Position numbers and translations under genes: made by a program. The notes under the pieces were generated by a model. The model was not told the DNA's origin. It worked only from the letters and a program-made list of their open reading frames with translations, and searched no databases. A DNA stretch of 64,000 nucleotides from Lytechinus pictus (taxonomy: Eukaryota): assembly GCF_037042905.1 (NCBI RefSeq), contig NW_026974140.1, positions 9,672,001 to 9,736,000 on the forward strand, given 5' to 3'. Below, in pieces: positions 11,164 through 24,990 of this stretch; position 1 is the first letter of the stretch, and each line of letters opens with the position of its first letter.

Positions 11164-14100
11164 GTAAGTTGCGTTGAATGTCAATTAAATTTCAAACTTT
11201 ATTTTCAGACACAACCTCTTTAACTTCTCATTTTGGGCATCGATTTCTCTTTAATTTCTCTCTCTTTTCACTCTAGTTGACTGATATGGCAGAGCTCTGA
11301 TAAATCAAAATTAACCTTCATTGAAACGAGTAGCCCAAGATCGACCTGAAGTCATCAAAGTGTGATATTCTGTTGCCATGGTTTAGATACCTGTGGGGTT
11401 ATCTTGGACCACACTTTTATGGGGAGTCATTTGTCAAATTAGAAGCCTTTCCTCACAAAGTAATGTTACTTAATGTTGCAACGAAAAATTGTCCAAATAC
11501 TTGTTTATTGAAATAAGAAATAAGAAAATATAATGAATTTAAATGAAATTAATTATCTTTGCAATGTACTTGCAAAATGTTTTATGACACCCAGCATTCT
11601 ACAGTTCTGTTAAAGTGTGTTCCAAAAATCTAATTTACTTTGAACCTCGGTTTAATTATCAGATTATCCTACTTTCAACTCCGAAATGTATGCACGTGGC
11701 AATGTGTATTACTCGTTATTGTGGTCTATAGATTGGGGAAAGTGTATAAAAGAAAGGTAAAACCTCATACACATGAGAAAGAATCAAATAATATGATGGC
11801 CTGTTAATCTAATCAACGAGGAAGCTCCTTGATTCACATTACACGATAAATGTTACATCTCCAGATCATTGAAAAAACATTCAATGAAGAAGATTGCTAC
11901 GCTAATTATCATAAAGCAATGGTATAATCGGAGTATTATTCATCCTTTATCGCCTCTCTACAATATCCAATGTAGACTAAAAAAGTGTTGAATTTAGGTC
12001 ATTCACAAAAGTGCATCTAGGCTTTGGCGGGGAGCAAAATAGTACTTTCATCTAAAATCTCTTCAAAATATGCGTTGATACATTAATGTCGTGCTTCCTT
12101 GTTTTTCAGCTTTCAATAAATAAGATAAGGAAAGGGAGGAAGGTAAACTGGCATATATTCATCAGGTTAAGTCGAATAACGTAGGGTTCGTTCAAAGAAC
12201 AATTTGTACATACAGCTTGGCTAATGAAATATCACACACTCCAAAGGACCCATAGCTTTCATAAGAAGGTCATCGAAGGAAAATTTGTTAAGGGACTGAC
12301 GGCCAGTCTTCAAGGCGTAGTAAATAGCCGATGTTGACCTGCGTTTCGTAGGAAGGTCCACATAAAGGTATAATTATCGTAATGACATTTGAATTCAAAG
12401 GCTGCGCCCCAGGGAAGGCAGGGGGTTATCGCCTCTTTGAATTTTGAAGACAGTCATGTAAGAAGTGAAAAACAAACAAAACAACTGAATAATGAAAGAA
12501 ACGGGAGGATACTAGTAAATAAGTTCCGAGTCGTTTTTAACTCTTCAGTATTGAGTATAGGGTCTAGTATCCATGTTATCGAATTGAGATCAGATTATGT
12601 AGTCAAGCCCCCTCTGAAAAAAATTTGCTAATCTCATCGTGCTTAAAGATAATTATGATGAGAATTGGGGACATATATAACACTGTATGTAGCAACACCC
12701 CTCTTCTGTATGAAATTCATCGAGGATGTGTGTCGTGGGCGAATGAGTCACACCTCGAAACTTGTAACGAGTTAACACGAATTTATTCCCGTGATCTAGA
12801 TTCAGACAACTTTTTTAAAAGGATATATTACTTGTAAATGAGTTTAGTAACGAAATTTGACGGGCAAACCCCGATAGGGAGACATCCATACTTCGTCATA
12901 AGACACATTAGTATCAGCTCTTGATGATGTTGTATAATGTCACGCATCGTAAACATGAGATAAATCTGCGTCGCAGAGGGAACAATTACCTTACGCCTCA
13001 AGAGGAATGGATCTAGGCCTACTTGGTTCAGATGGTCCTCAAAAAGCAGAAGGTCGCTCTCCAGCACGTCTATCAGGCACATGAGAACTGTCAATGGGCT
13101 GGGCTCAGGTGAGCCTAATTTCATACAAATTTGAACAAGATTTGGAAAAGAATGGGAAGGTTTGTTTTTGATACCTGGCTTTAAAGGATAACTAAAACTT
13201 GCCTATAATGTTACGAAGGAGGAAAACCTAGACCGATCTTCCGAAGATGTTGAAGGACCGAAATGATAATTGTGACAAAGGCGTAACAAATTACTGGCCG
13301 ATGTGTGGATTTTTGAATATTGGAAGCCTATCTCCAACAAAATATTCTATACATGGGAAAGAGTTTTCATTCATTATGTTGTTAGCAATGTATGTTAATG
13401 CTTTGCTCTTTGTGCCATTCAGAATGGTTGTATGTTAACATGTTAGATGAAGAAGGGTTTCCATGTACCAATAACAGGATCATTATTTTTGACATTTTTT
13501 TATATTACATGATATAGTCCTCCAGGACGTAACTCTAATCTTTATCATGTTTATGTTCCATACACTTTTGTACCAGTTTTGTGCACATGGCGATGATCAT
13601 ATCATCAGTCACTGTAGCAAGGTCTCCGATAATTGTGGGTATTTGGGCCGATGGCAGGGTGATTCTGGTAATGATGATGATGAATGAAATATGTGACTAT
13701 TCGTGAACTTCCCTCGCGACAAACCGCACCTTGTCTTACGGGGTCATGTCAGCCCAAGGGTTCACCCGCTGCAGGCGGGGACCGTATACCTCAAGATTAA
13801 AGGTATGGTGTCGACTGAGAGTGGGGCATACTGATTACCCCTCGTACGGTGTTCAAAATAATGAGAAAAAACGATAGTACATCCTACTTGACATCTCAAC
13901 TTGCTAAGACTAGCAAAGTGAAATGAATCGTATTTCTGTTTTTTGGGGGGTTGTGTGTACCTGAAGTGTTATTGGGTGACAAGGATTTGTTTTTCAAACG
14001 ACAACATATCAAATATATATAGCAAAATGTAGCAATACGAATGTATTCATGACACTGGTAAAAGGTCAACTGAACATGCTGAATTTGAATATACGTTTTA

Positions 14101-16039
14101 CCAAATGTCATTCGCGGTTAAATATGTACGCCACAACCCCCACAAAAGTGCACTAGTAACTGGTCAAATCCATTTCATGAGAAATAGAAAGGATGTGTCG
14201 AAGGTGGCGATTGTCTCTTTTGCATTACCGCCAATTTTACCACACAGTATTTCTATTCATGCTGCCTTTCCCGAAGAAAGGGAATGTTTCTACTCAAGAT
14301 GACTGTTTTGGTCGTTGATGTAATCTCCTTGCAGTTAAAGGATACCCGATGGCTAAATGTATTTGTGACTTCCAGACTTCCTCAGATAGTTGCTGCCTAA
14401 CTTTCCTTTTGGCATCGAACCAAGTCATCAAGGCCATCCAACAGGTAAAACCGATAAATGGCAGACAACCTCCCCCCCACGAGGAGATATGAATGGAAAC
14501 ATCATTCGTTAACAGTGATATATCAGGCAAGCTATCACCTTTCGAAAAGGAAGGTAGTTGTGATCTATAACAAATAATTTTCTTTGATTTGAAATGATGT
14601 TTCCGGATTGGCAATTTATCACGTATCTGCAGAAAATCAGAAATTCTTATTTCAGATGATTCGCCAAGGGTGACTGTCCATACCCCATCATTTGGCTGAT
14701 GTATGATCGTCAAAGTCCTAATAAGGATCGGGAAATTATTCATATTCGAATGTAGTGCCAACTTTAAATTCAACATGCTTAATCCATTAACTCCTTGGCT
14801 GTTGTTCATTTCAGGTATTCAACAGTTTTGTGACATGGTGGATAACACTATTAGACACTGGTGTGCGTGCTTTTTAACGTTTCCACTCTTCTTTGTCCTA
14901 ACATATTTAAGAAACAATTAAAAAAAAACGACTTGATAACGTTCCCGGTGTTTTCTAGAAACTGTATTAATTAAGACTTAACAAGTTAATCTTTGCGATG
15001 ATAGTTAAAGTTTTTGGCCAATATAAATTAGTTATTTCCAGACATTGCATATTATCGGTTCTTGATTTTCTTGGGACGAATAAATCGATACTGACATTTT
15101 TGTCCTATGCTTATTGCAGGTGATTATAATTATTGATTATCTGTCACTGTGGTGGAGGCTCATACAAAAGAATGGCAAGTCATTGTCAGACGTTTACCTT
15201 TTTGATTGATAAATTGGTACATGTACTAATTGCATCAAATGTGTAATGTCTTTGTGCACATAATAGTTGGTTAAGTCCGCGTCTAATTTACACCATATTC
15301 ACCGGTATTCCACCTGCATTATTCCGGATATCACCCAATATGATTTCGATTATCACGAAGGTGTTTTGCAATTAAGTGGTTTTATGTCTTTTAAAGTACG
15401 TCATCGGCTTTTCCGAAATCAAACAAAACAAAAGTTGCAAAGAACCGGTTTTACTTTTAATGACGAAACAGCCACACAGGCGTTTAAATTGAAGATTTAT
15501 AATAAAATTCATGCAATGTGATAGAAATTAAATTCTTCCTAATTGATTCTTGTTCGTCATTCTAGGAAAACAGTATATTTTAATCATCCCATCTTACATT
15601 TTCATCTCTATATCTCTATTCTGTTTTGACTCTCATGATTTTGGTAAAACAAATCAATAAATTGGTTAGTTTTTTCAGTTATAATCAATTTTTTAGGTTT
15701 ACGTATGGGCTGAAAAATTTGGGCTTGATCTTTGTTTATATAGCCTTTTGATATTTAATCACTAAATTTGTAAAATTGATATTCAGAGGGTCGTCAGAAA
15801 TAACCAAGAGAGAGAGGACGCTAATCTCAAATGTAAAATTCAAATATTCACATAAAACCGGTTACAATACGTTTTGTAAGATTTGTGAGTTAGATGATAA
15901 TACGAGATAATTTATGTTATTGAACCTTTACCAAAGCTTTAGGTAGCCTTTAAATGTCACGTATAATATACCTGTAAATTCACTTTCACAATTGCCTGGT
16001 AATCCTGTTCCTTATTTGCATACCAATCAAGATTGGCTA

Positions 16040-16185
16040 TAACTGTTTATGAAATTAAGCGAGAATTTTTAAATGCCATGTTTTTTATTTTACATCTGAT
16101 TTTGATGAAAATGTTCAAATGCTTGTTTGATTTTGTTTTCTCTTTTCATTCAAATAGTTTTTCTTGGAGTAGACTTGCCCTTTAA
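16040..16185. mobile_element. Right-end fragment of a TTAA-target (Kolobok-like) MITE
   Basis: ..TTTTACATCTGATTTTGATGAAAA..GAGTAGACTTGCCCT-TTAA, similar to the right end of the 5008-5344 copy. Confidence 0.6.
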
Positions 16186-18092
16186 ATTCGATAGAGGTAG
16201 AGAATTAAAGTGGAGTGCTAGGGGAGGGCAATTTACGGACCAGCGAGGGGGCATTTTCAGGAATTACAGGGAAAGGATATGACTGGTTCGTGGGAATAGT
16301 GTGGGGGTGACCTCCACAAGTGGGGATAGAATAAACAGTGAAAACTGCTAACGAAACAGAATATGGTATTTTTTTATTGTCGTACCTATGTCTATAGTCC
16401 TATTGGCCCTACATTCCCTCGGAAAAAAATCTGAAAAAGAGGTTCCACTTTCTGAGTTTCTGTAGAATTAATTAATTTAGACCTGTTTGTATGTGTCGTT
16501 TAAAACGATGTATGAATATGAATCAAGAAGCGAAATATATATTTCTTGAAAGTGGATAACTCTTTTGTTTGTATTCGATGTGTCTCTTGCAAGTCCATGG
16601 TGGTTTTAATTAACGGAGACGTGCTGTGTTTTTAACTGTGCCAAATCTGACGGGAGAGACCAACATCAGCCCTGTATTAGGTATGGCTTGGGGACTTCCC
16701 GTGGCTACTAGCACCCCTAATTCGTCCCCGGAGACAGTAAGGATTAAGGAGTGGCCCCTAGCAACCATTTCTTGTTAAAATCGCAACTTCCGCGCTAAAG
16801 TCTTCCCTTGTGTGTGTGTGGGGGGGGGGGGGTGCTAGCGTGTGCGTTCAAATGTGCGCATGTGTTATTGTGCTCGCATGGGTTAGTTGGTGTGAAGAAG
16901 AACTTCAAGAAAAGGAAGAATAGAGAGAAATATATATGTCAAAAAGGGGGAGGGTGGGGGAACTTGGATGGAGTAGACCCTAATATAACATCATCACACA
17001 TCCAACATGTCCAAAATTGGTCAATATGCAGCGCGAGAACGGGCATACAGTAGCGATTCCTGTGCGTGACAAGAGTGATGTGGGGGAATATAATCTAATT
17101 GTACAATGAAAAAAAATTGGTAAAAACAAGGGAAACACACGCAACTAAAAATGTCAAAAGACGTGTATATATACACATTCTCGCATAGTTACATAAACGA
17201 CAAATCGCTCTATTGAAAACACGATGTCAGCATTGAAGATGCATCGCTTGTCATAAAATATTCATATTTTTTCGTTTCTCTGACTTTAGATCGAATGTCT
17301 GAAAGATTGCTGTTACTAGGCATTTGGTGATTATTTTGTTGATACAAAACAAAATATAGTGGGAATTGGAAAGTGGTAGTGCACTCAGTAAACCTAAGGA
17401 TTTCAGAAACATATTCAAATTTGCAGATTTGTTTGCCTTTTAAATTCACAATTAGGCCTGTGTACATTATTTTGTGTCATACGATTCATTTGATTGTTTT
17501 TCCTGCATGTGGTGATGTGTAATAGGCAATTCCCAATTCATCACACACCAAGGATATCATTATTCAATAGCAGTTCCTTACCCGATCTTGAAATAACACA
17601 ATTTCCATTCGACCTTACTTCATTTCAGCAGCGAGTTCTAATAATGAAGTAAACGACATGTGTTATCCACCTGAACTAATCTGTCACATCCTAGTGAGAA
17701 AGAAAGGGCATTAACCCATAAACACTTCAAACAAAGCTGTCATGGCGATGGTCACTACTTACTTCTTTTCTTTTCTTTTCAAAAGTTTGGAAGTGACCTC
17801 AGTAGAAATGGTTAAAAATGATTTAAAAAATAATGGTTAAATGTAAGGTTTTTTTTAATGCTTGATACGAGTTGATAAAATCATGGACCAGATAAAATGG
17901 AAGAATCATTTGATTTTGTGACATGTGTTTAGACGAGAAATTACTGCAGTATCCGTTTCCATGGTGATACCGAATGATTCTACTTCAGCAATTCCTTCCT
18001 GCAAAATAGGGGAAAATATTATTTCGAAAGAGATTTATTGAGGATTTAGCCCCGATTTGGTGTAGAGGTCAAATGTATCCCATTTTGTGTCA

Positions 18093-18720
18093 TTAAAGGG
18101 GGTACTCCGGCTGAAAATAATTATATCTACTTAAATAAAGAAAAGTTCACGAAGCAAACCGCTGAAAGTTTGATACCTAGTTTCTACTGCCACGATTGGC
18201 GCCACGATTTGAAACGGCGTAATCGTAGTGATCGTATCAGATCGTGTCATACCAGATCAGTCTTGGCAATCGTATTGATCGTAGACAAATTTGGAATGGT
18301 TCAAAAATTTTCGCGATCAGTTACAAAGGGTCTGTGGTGGCTTTCGTAATGGATCGCTCGACAGTGAGGCCGAGGTATAATCAAAATCTTGTAACAAAAT
18401 AATTTTCAACAATAATAATCTTCCAATTTAAACCTGAAGTAAATCCACTTTTTTAATCTTGGAGGATAACATTTGACATGACATAATTTCCTATACTTAA
18501 GTACAAAAGATTAAAAGGTAGGGATATGACATATCAGCCTGCTCATCAGTGCATATTCACGAGGATTTGCATATAACTATTACAAAACTAAGACATATAA
18601 AGTGCCATGACATTAGTTTTTCTTGTCTCATTTCGATGAAATGTTCATTGTCTTGTTTGTATGATTTGACTTTATCTGTTCAAATTATGATATTTTCAAC
18701 CTGGCCGGGTTCCACTTTTA
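18093..18720. mobile_element. TTAA-target (Kolobok-like) MITE interrupted by a nested insertion
   Basis: TTAA-AGGGGGTACTCCGGCTGAAAATA left end and degenerate TATTTTCAACCTGG..TTCCACTTTTA right end; the sequence resumes (ATCAAAATC) after the insert at 18174-18377. Confidence 0.6.
18174..18377. mobile_element. Nested MITE (Harbinger-like, 3-bp TNA TSD)
   Basis: Imperfect TIRs TACCTAGTTTCTACTG ... CAGTGAGGCCGAGGTA; flanks TGA / TAA; internal repeated ACGAT/ATCGT motifs. Confidence 0.55.
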
Positions 18721-19067
18721 CCACATTAACCTGTACGTTAACTTGGTAGGGGTAGGTGGAGGTCTGTTTTTCTTCTTCTTTATACAAGAAACATAGGCAA
18801 TGCGAACTCATACAAGACCCGGCCGGAATTAGAAATCATATTTGCTTTTCTATAATAATCTGACATTTTCCTTCCCAGATTATAACGAATTGCTCCTGCT
18901 AGAGCTCTTTTTACGTCTCTTTCCTGCCTTTGCGTCTAGTTCGTGATACCAGGGCTTAAATGTGTCTAGATTCCTCTAGTCTGTGTTTACGGATACCAGA
19001 CAGTGTCCCATAAACACTCAAACCTGGCTCTCCGTGTATAATTCCACACTTAATCCTTATTTGCATT

Positions 19068-19282
19068 TGCATTTTTGTACAACTCCTTCATTTTTCATGT
19101 TTTCAATTTAATGATTTTTTAAAACGATATTTCCTTTCCCGTTGCTGATAGAGTGAGAGAAAAAAAAACCGATTAAAAACGATTTTCCCTTTACTATGCA
19201 TATCTGTACAACTCCTTCATTTTTTCATGTATTCAAGTTAATGATATTTTTAAAACGTTTTTCCTTTCCCGTTGCTGATAGA
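19068..19282 (+). repeat. Local direct repeat, ~85-bp unit at ~130-bp period
   Basis: TGCA..TGTACAACTCCTTCATTTTT..TTCCTTTCCCGTTGCTGATAGA at 19068-19152 and 19197-19282. Confidence 0.9.
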
Positions 19283-19962
19283 ATAAAAAGAAATATGTTC
19301 ATGTTCTAAATGATAGATAGCATACTTTCCATAGTTTGTAGTATTGAATCATATTTTTCGGGGAAAACTTTTGAACTTGTCATTAATACATCAAAAATTA
19401 ATTTCCCCAAACTTCCCTGATATTAACATTACAAAAAGCTTTTACTCTACAACACACACCCTATTCTTATACATAGCACCTGTTGTATGGGTTTTCTGAT
19501 ATGTGAGTAATTAGGAAGTTTACCTCGTTAGATGTAAGAATGAAAAGATTACCGTGAGTTTAGTCTGTCTTCTCACCCATCCCCAATGATAGAGTGTCAC
19601 GAATTTCTCACTCAAATGAATCATTAATGAGATTTACAATGTTTCCTGCGATGCAGTGTCTCAAATTAAAAAAAGACAAAAGTCTGAACCGCAGACATGA
19701 AAGGGTGAAAGCGCGTCATAATTTCATACACCTGGATCTGGATGGGATATAATTAATGTTAATTCCGTGATACCGATCCCATATGGCCAAGAATTTTTAG
19801 CACAGTGATATTGCAATTTTTAAGTCTATTTCATTGATGTAAAATATAATTTGTTTTATTTTTTTTTGAAATATATAATGATTTATATAACTTTATAATA
19901 TTCAGCATTCAATCCCTTACAATGGCAAAGGAGTTTTTACCAGAGGAAATGCTAGTATTGTT

Positions 19963-20010
19963 ACCCAGCCTAGGGATTCGAACCCACGACCCTGTGTTCC
20001 AAATACCCCA
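19963..20010 (-). mobile_element. tRNA-derived SINE head fragment
   Basis: The minus strand reads ..CACAGGGTCGTGGGTTCGAATCCCTAGGCTGGGT, with a perfect B-box GGTTCGAATCC; the 5' half of the tRNA-like region is missing. Confidence 0.5.
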
Positions 20011-22737
20011 ATCTACGAATGTGCTGAAGACGAAAATTTTAATATAATTGTTATACTGAATGCTTATTTTTAAAACGTTAATGTCAAAGGCTAGTCGTCT
20101 TTTGGTGAGACTCTTCAGCTTGTAATCATTCCTAACCAAAATACGCAGTGGCAATATCTTGAAGAAAAAAAACCCACAGTAAAAAAAGAAAAAAGAAAAC
20201 GCAAAACGGCGTCAAAGAAATGAAAGAGAAGGAACGTTTTTCCAAGGGGTGCGTAGAATGTATATATTAATGTGCAAGGAAATGGCAGCTAAGCAGTGAC
20301 ACATTACTAATCCTGACTTACAATCGTGGTAGGAGACGTCTAATTACCGGGCAAAATACATCCTGCAAACAAAACGTGAGCAAATATGTTGAGGTAGGAT
20401 AAAGATATAATAAAATAGTGCCAACCATAATAATCCTGCAAAACAAACGTGTAGCACTGGTCCAGGTTTCTTGTTATAAACGATACAAAACAAATCGATT
20501 TCCTTTAGATTTATAAGATAATTTATAATCCCCAGTTACATATAAGGACAAACAATTTATCAAACCACCACGCTATATACTGCTTAAATGAAAATATTGT
20601 TTCTGTTTTCAAACTTACTTTCTTATTTTTTTCGCCATTCAAAAGGTGAGGTATCACATAGTATTTCCAACCATAGGTTCCGAAATTATTGTCATTATAG
20701 TTATTTGATACAGTATTCGTATTTGTATCAATATACATGCAAAGGATATGTGACGACATAAACTGTCCGGACAATTGAAATTCTGTTGAAGTCATAATTC
20801 GTTCGTAAATTAGAGAACGGTTTGACGTTCAGTGTATTGTCATCCTAAGTTGATTTATCATGGAACAGTGATGACATTTGTTAATTAACAATAATAATTG
20901 TCAACCACGTTATTAGTCTTGAGCGCGGCACTGCTTTTGTAAAGAAAGATTTAGAAAGTTCAATGTGTTTTTGGCTGGGTGTGTGTGCGCGCGTGTGCTG
21001 ATGAGGGTGCGTGCGCGCGTGGGTGTGATGTAAACTGTTCGACGGTGTAATTTAATATGCTGATGATTTATGGTCGGTTATTTCACTACTTCGATATCCA
21101 GAGTAGATTTCATTGCTCCGATGTCTTAATGAGTATAATTGACGTCATGCTTTTGATTGGCGTGCATGCATGATTGATAGCCACTAAACAGCTACCAGTT
21201 ACCGACCAGCCAACAAGTAGTTTTCACTTTAGTGGTAGCTCATGTTTTGTTTCACTATGATGAGATGATTAAGTCACAACCGTGTGATCAGTTTTATTAA
21301 TTTATAAAGTATGTAAAACACAGAAGGATGTTGGTACTAGCTTCAATAGCGTTTTTTTTTCTCAGACGATCATAGTTTTATCATGGACGTATTTGTTGTA
21401 TAAGCGTCCATTACATAGAATTTCGCCTAAGTGCTGTAATCCCCAGCGGTGCATTCGATGATAAACTCTCAACAATTAATACCTGATGTTATAGGCGGAG
21501 AGAACGGGGAATTTATGAGTGTAGTTATTTGAAATTCATAAAAGATAATCGGTTGAGATGAGATAGCTTAAAGTCAAACAAAGGTGGGAAACAAACGAGA
21601 GGAAAAAAAGAATGAGGGGAATAAACCCTAGGTGACCAGTAGAAGCCCAGTCGAATCAAATCCACAAAATACACACACACTCCCTCTAACACACACACCC
21701 TCACACACACGCGAGGAGTCCCTCCTGGTCCAGTTTTCACTTCAATAATATAATCATACTGTAATCACAAAATTTCCATACTGACATCAACATAATTGGT
21801 TGGTTTAGAGAAAGTATAATATATGTTGATAAATTTTTGTTTAACATTGAACAAAATTATCTCCATAGTTGTGCTTTTACGTTGGAATTGAAACTTGAAC
21901 TTGAAAGCCTCATATCTGTTTATTGGAAAATATGTCAGTCATGTCTGTGGGGCAGTAGGAATGGATGAAAAAAAAAGACCGATTTTTTTTCTCTCCTCGC
22001 ACTGACATGCCGAATTGGTTCCCCTATCAAATTCTTGGCGTCTGCGGGGGTGAAGAAGATTCACCTTTAATATAAAAATGACAGCACTACTTAGTACCAT
22101 CGTTAGCGACCGACCACCTCCTTCAAATCTGTAACATAAAACTCTGTTTAATAAATGACATTTTTTAGGCAGTTCTAGCAGAGCTATTTCAAAACTCGTG
22201 AGCTCACCGGGCCCACTCGTTTATGGTACTTTACAGTCAAGGGCAAATTTGGTCAGTGATGAGAGCGGAGGAGGAATTTCTGCTTTTCTCCAGCTCTTTT
22301 GGTTACAAAATATCTCATAAGATAAGGATGGGGAAGTAATTGATATTATCCATAGCAACAACCAGCGTGGGTTTGTTGTAATGTATACTGGTTGTTAGGA
22401 AATCAAACTATTGGAACTCCTTACATTGTACCGTTCGGTATATTTATTTTGTAAAATATTCATTATTTACATAAAGAACGAAATAAATAAATTACATGCC
22501 CACGAATGATTCTTCGCAATATCTGTCTCACCCTCCCTCTCTTTCTCTATTCGACAGTCCAATAAGTTCGTGCCCTCTCCCAGCCCTCTATCATTTTCTA
22601 TATCGTCGTGCGGTGGCAGGTGGCTTTCACCCTTTGATGGGCGCGGCGTATCCATAACTCTTGCCCGTCTTGGGAGAGGGTGGGGAAGGGTGCGGGTGCT
22701 GGGGAACGAAAGGCTTCCCAGTAGGGCTTATCATGTT

Positions 22738-23111
22738 CCAATTCGTCCAGTTGCCACCTCGTCTACTATCATTTGGTCTACCATCAGGTCGTCAACTATC
22801 CACATGGTCTAATTGCCAATTTGTCCACTTACCATTTCGTTTAATAACCAGTTGGTCCAATAGTCATTTAGTCCATACCATTTGGTCTAATTGGACTAGG
22901 TGTTAATTGTGCAGAATAAATGAAAATGAAATGGATATTAGGCCAACTGGTTATGAGACGAAATGGTCATAGACGAAGTAATGATTGGTACAAATGTTTA
23001 CCGGACCAAATGGTTGTTAGACGTAATGCTGATGGACGGAATGGCAGAATAGATGAAAGTAGACGATGTGGTGAGTGGACGAGTTGGCAGTAGACGAATT
23101 GGCAATTTACC
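22738..23111. mobile_element. Foldback element whose arms are arrays of ~15-bp subrepeats
   Basis: The left arm has about ten CCA(ttt/att)(c/g)GTC(t/c)A-type units and the right arm about ten inverted T(a/g)GAC(g/c)AAnTGG units; right terminus GGCAATTTACC. Confidence 0.85.
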
Positions 23112-23134
23112 GTCTCCTATTCATGTCTATTACC

Positions 23135-23183
23135 ATCCAATTTACAATCCCTTACTATCCAATTTACAATCCCTTACTATCCA
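23135..23183 (+). repeat. 22-bp tandem duplication
   Basis: ATCCAATTTACAATCCCTTACT twice, plus a partial third copy. Confidence 0.9.
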
Positions 23184-24419
23184 TTATATTTTCACTTTTA
23201 CTTCTCTCAATTTTTTTTTAACTTACCGTATCGTTTCCAACGATTTCTACATAGATTTTAATCGTATCGATTGGATTCAATCACCTAAAAACGTTTCGAG
23301 TTAACTGCTCGTTAGATTCGATTGGAGACACGTGTTTTGATATAGCATCGGCTCCCCTAGGACATGTAAACCAAGATCAAGAACGGCTAAACACAATCGG
23401 AAATTATATTACCCTTGACAGAATGGAGGGGGACACCACCCCCCCCCCAAAAAAAAAAACTATGGGAGTAAGTGTTCTCACTATAAGCGATACAATCCAT
23501 AAATATGTCAATTGAATGACAGAGCAGAAAATAGAGTTCCTCCAAGCTATAGATGTAGACCCATTATTTGTCACAGCCTGAACACGTGCTTTCAAAATTG
23601 AATACCTCTTCAAAGCCGATATTTTTTTAAGATGGAAAGGAGGGATTTTATTTTTCGTTGTATTTATTCAAGTATGTTGATTGTGAGAACCATTTTTTGT
23701 TACTTTACACTCCCATTGTGACGGTAATTTAATTTTTATCATTAAAACAATTTAAAGCTTTGATAGAGGGCCAAGAACGCGAATCATACCTGACTGTAAT
23801 GTATCATTCCAATCTTTAAAACAAAGGCTTACCTTTTTAGTCCGTTGAATCTTTATTAAAGTCAGACATTCCATTCTTTACATACATATACCTTTCTCGG
23901 TACTGTTTTGATTTTTGTAAGAATGGACACTTTGAACATCAGTTCTACAAATTTTGAGCGATTTGATATCAAGATGTTATGTATTCAAAGATCATATCCT
24001 GTCTTTGAGCCCATTTCAAACTTGAGATCTGTTTGAAAGAAAATGATACATGGAAATTTTTATTTTGATCGGGTGACACCAACTGATCATGATAAATATC
24101 CATGTAGAATCTTGAAATATATCCACTTACACTTTTTTCATATCATGCAAAACATTACAATTATATGATATATACTCATTCATATAATGTAATGATGAAC
24201 TCGATCAGTGACAGACAATTTTACGAGATTTGCCGAAACAAAAATAGACTTAATCAATATATATATATATATATACATACATACTGCTTTATACTTAAAT
24301 CTTAAATTAAATTTGCATTTCTTCAGGTATAATGCTATAGATTTTCAAGAATAGCATTCATGACACTTGCGCTTTTTAGTACTTTCGTTCAACATAATAC
24401 GGATAAGTTCAGTGTCGTA

Positions 24420-24990
24420 TTTCAATTTAATTCAAGACTTTATTCCAGACACACCCGCATAAGCAGAGGTCCATATAAACAAACATCATGCTATACATCA
24501 AGACAGGCATACACAGATAAATCTAGATTAAGAAATATTTATGATAGAGAGTAGAAAATGGATACAATAATCACACTAAAATGATACTAGAAATAAATAA
24601 TGAATACACAAAACCGAATGACAGCAATGTATGAAAAGTACAATGGAAATATAATAAATGATTTAATGATGATATAATGATATTATATGATATATTTTAT
24701 TCGCATTACATTGCTTGATACTGTATAGGAAAATAAGGGTTTGGAGATTAAACCTGACTTCCTGCAACTCCAGTATCTCAGAAAGGGTATTAAGTATATT
24801 TTTGCAACCGGGTAAACATTTTATTTTTAAGTTGATTACTTTCCCGGTAGCAGAAAATGCTAGTGATTTGATGGGAAATCATATTTTTTCTCTGCGGCGT
24901 CCTGAAAGTTCATTTTTATACACGGATATAAACTAATGCAACCGGTCTTACCAGGCTTTAATGTCTTGGAACATTACTTTAAGACTCAAC
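24420..24990 (-). mobile_element. Possible highly decayed LINE 3' end
   Basis: The minus strand ends AATAAAGTCTTGAATTAAATTGAA (tail-like); weak LVRPV and ..FLLP.K.. peptide traces upstream. Confidence 0.3.

Noticed and set aside
14294-14809. 171-aa minus-strand ORF
   Set aside because: No motif, no supporting splice structure, and composition like background.
19963-20010. tRNA gene (also 4748-4817 and ~34990-35056)
   Set aside because: B-box/T-arm present but no complete cloverleaf or acceptor stem; these are SINE heads.
22738-23111. CRISPR-like periodic short repeats
   Set aside because: Units are ~15 bp, degenerate, lack unique spacers and invert halfway. The context is eukaryotic with no cas genes.
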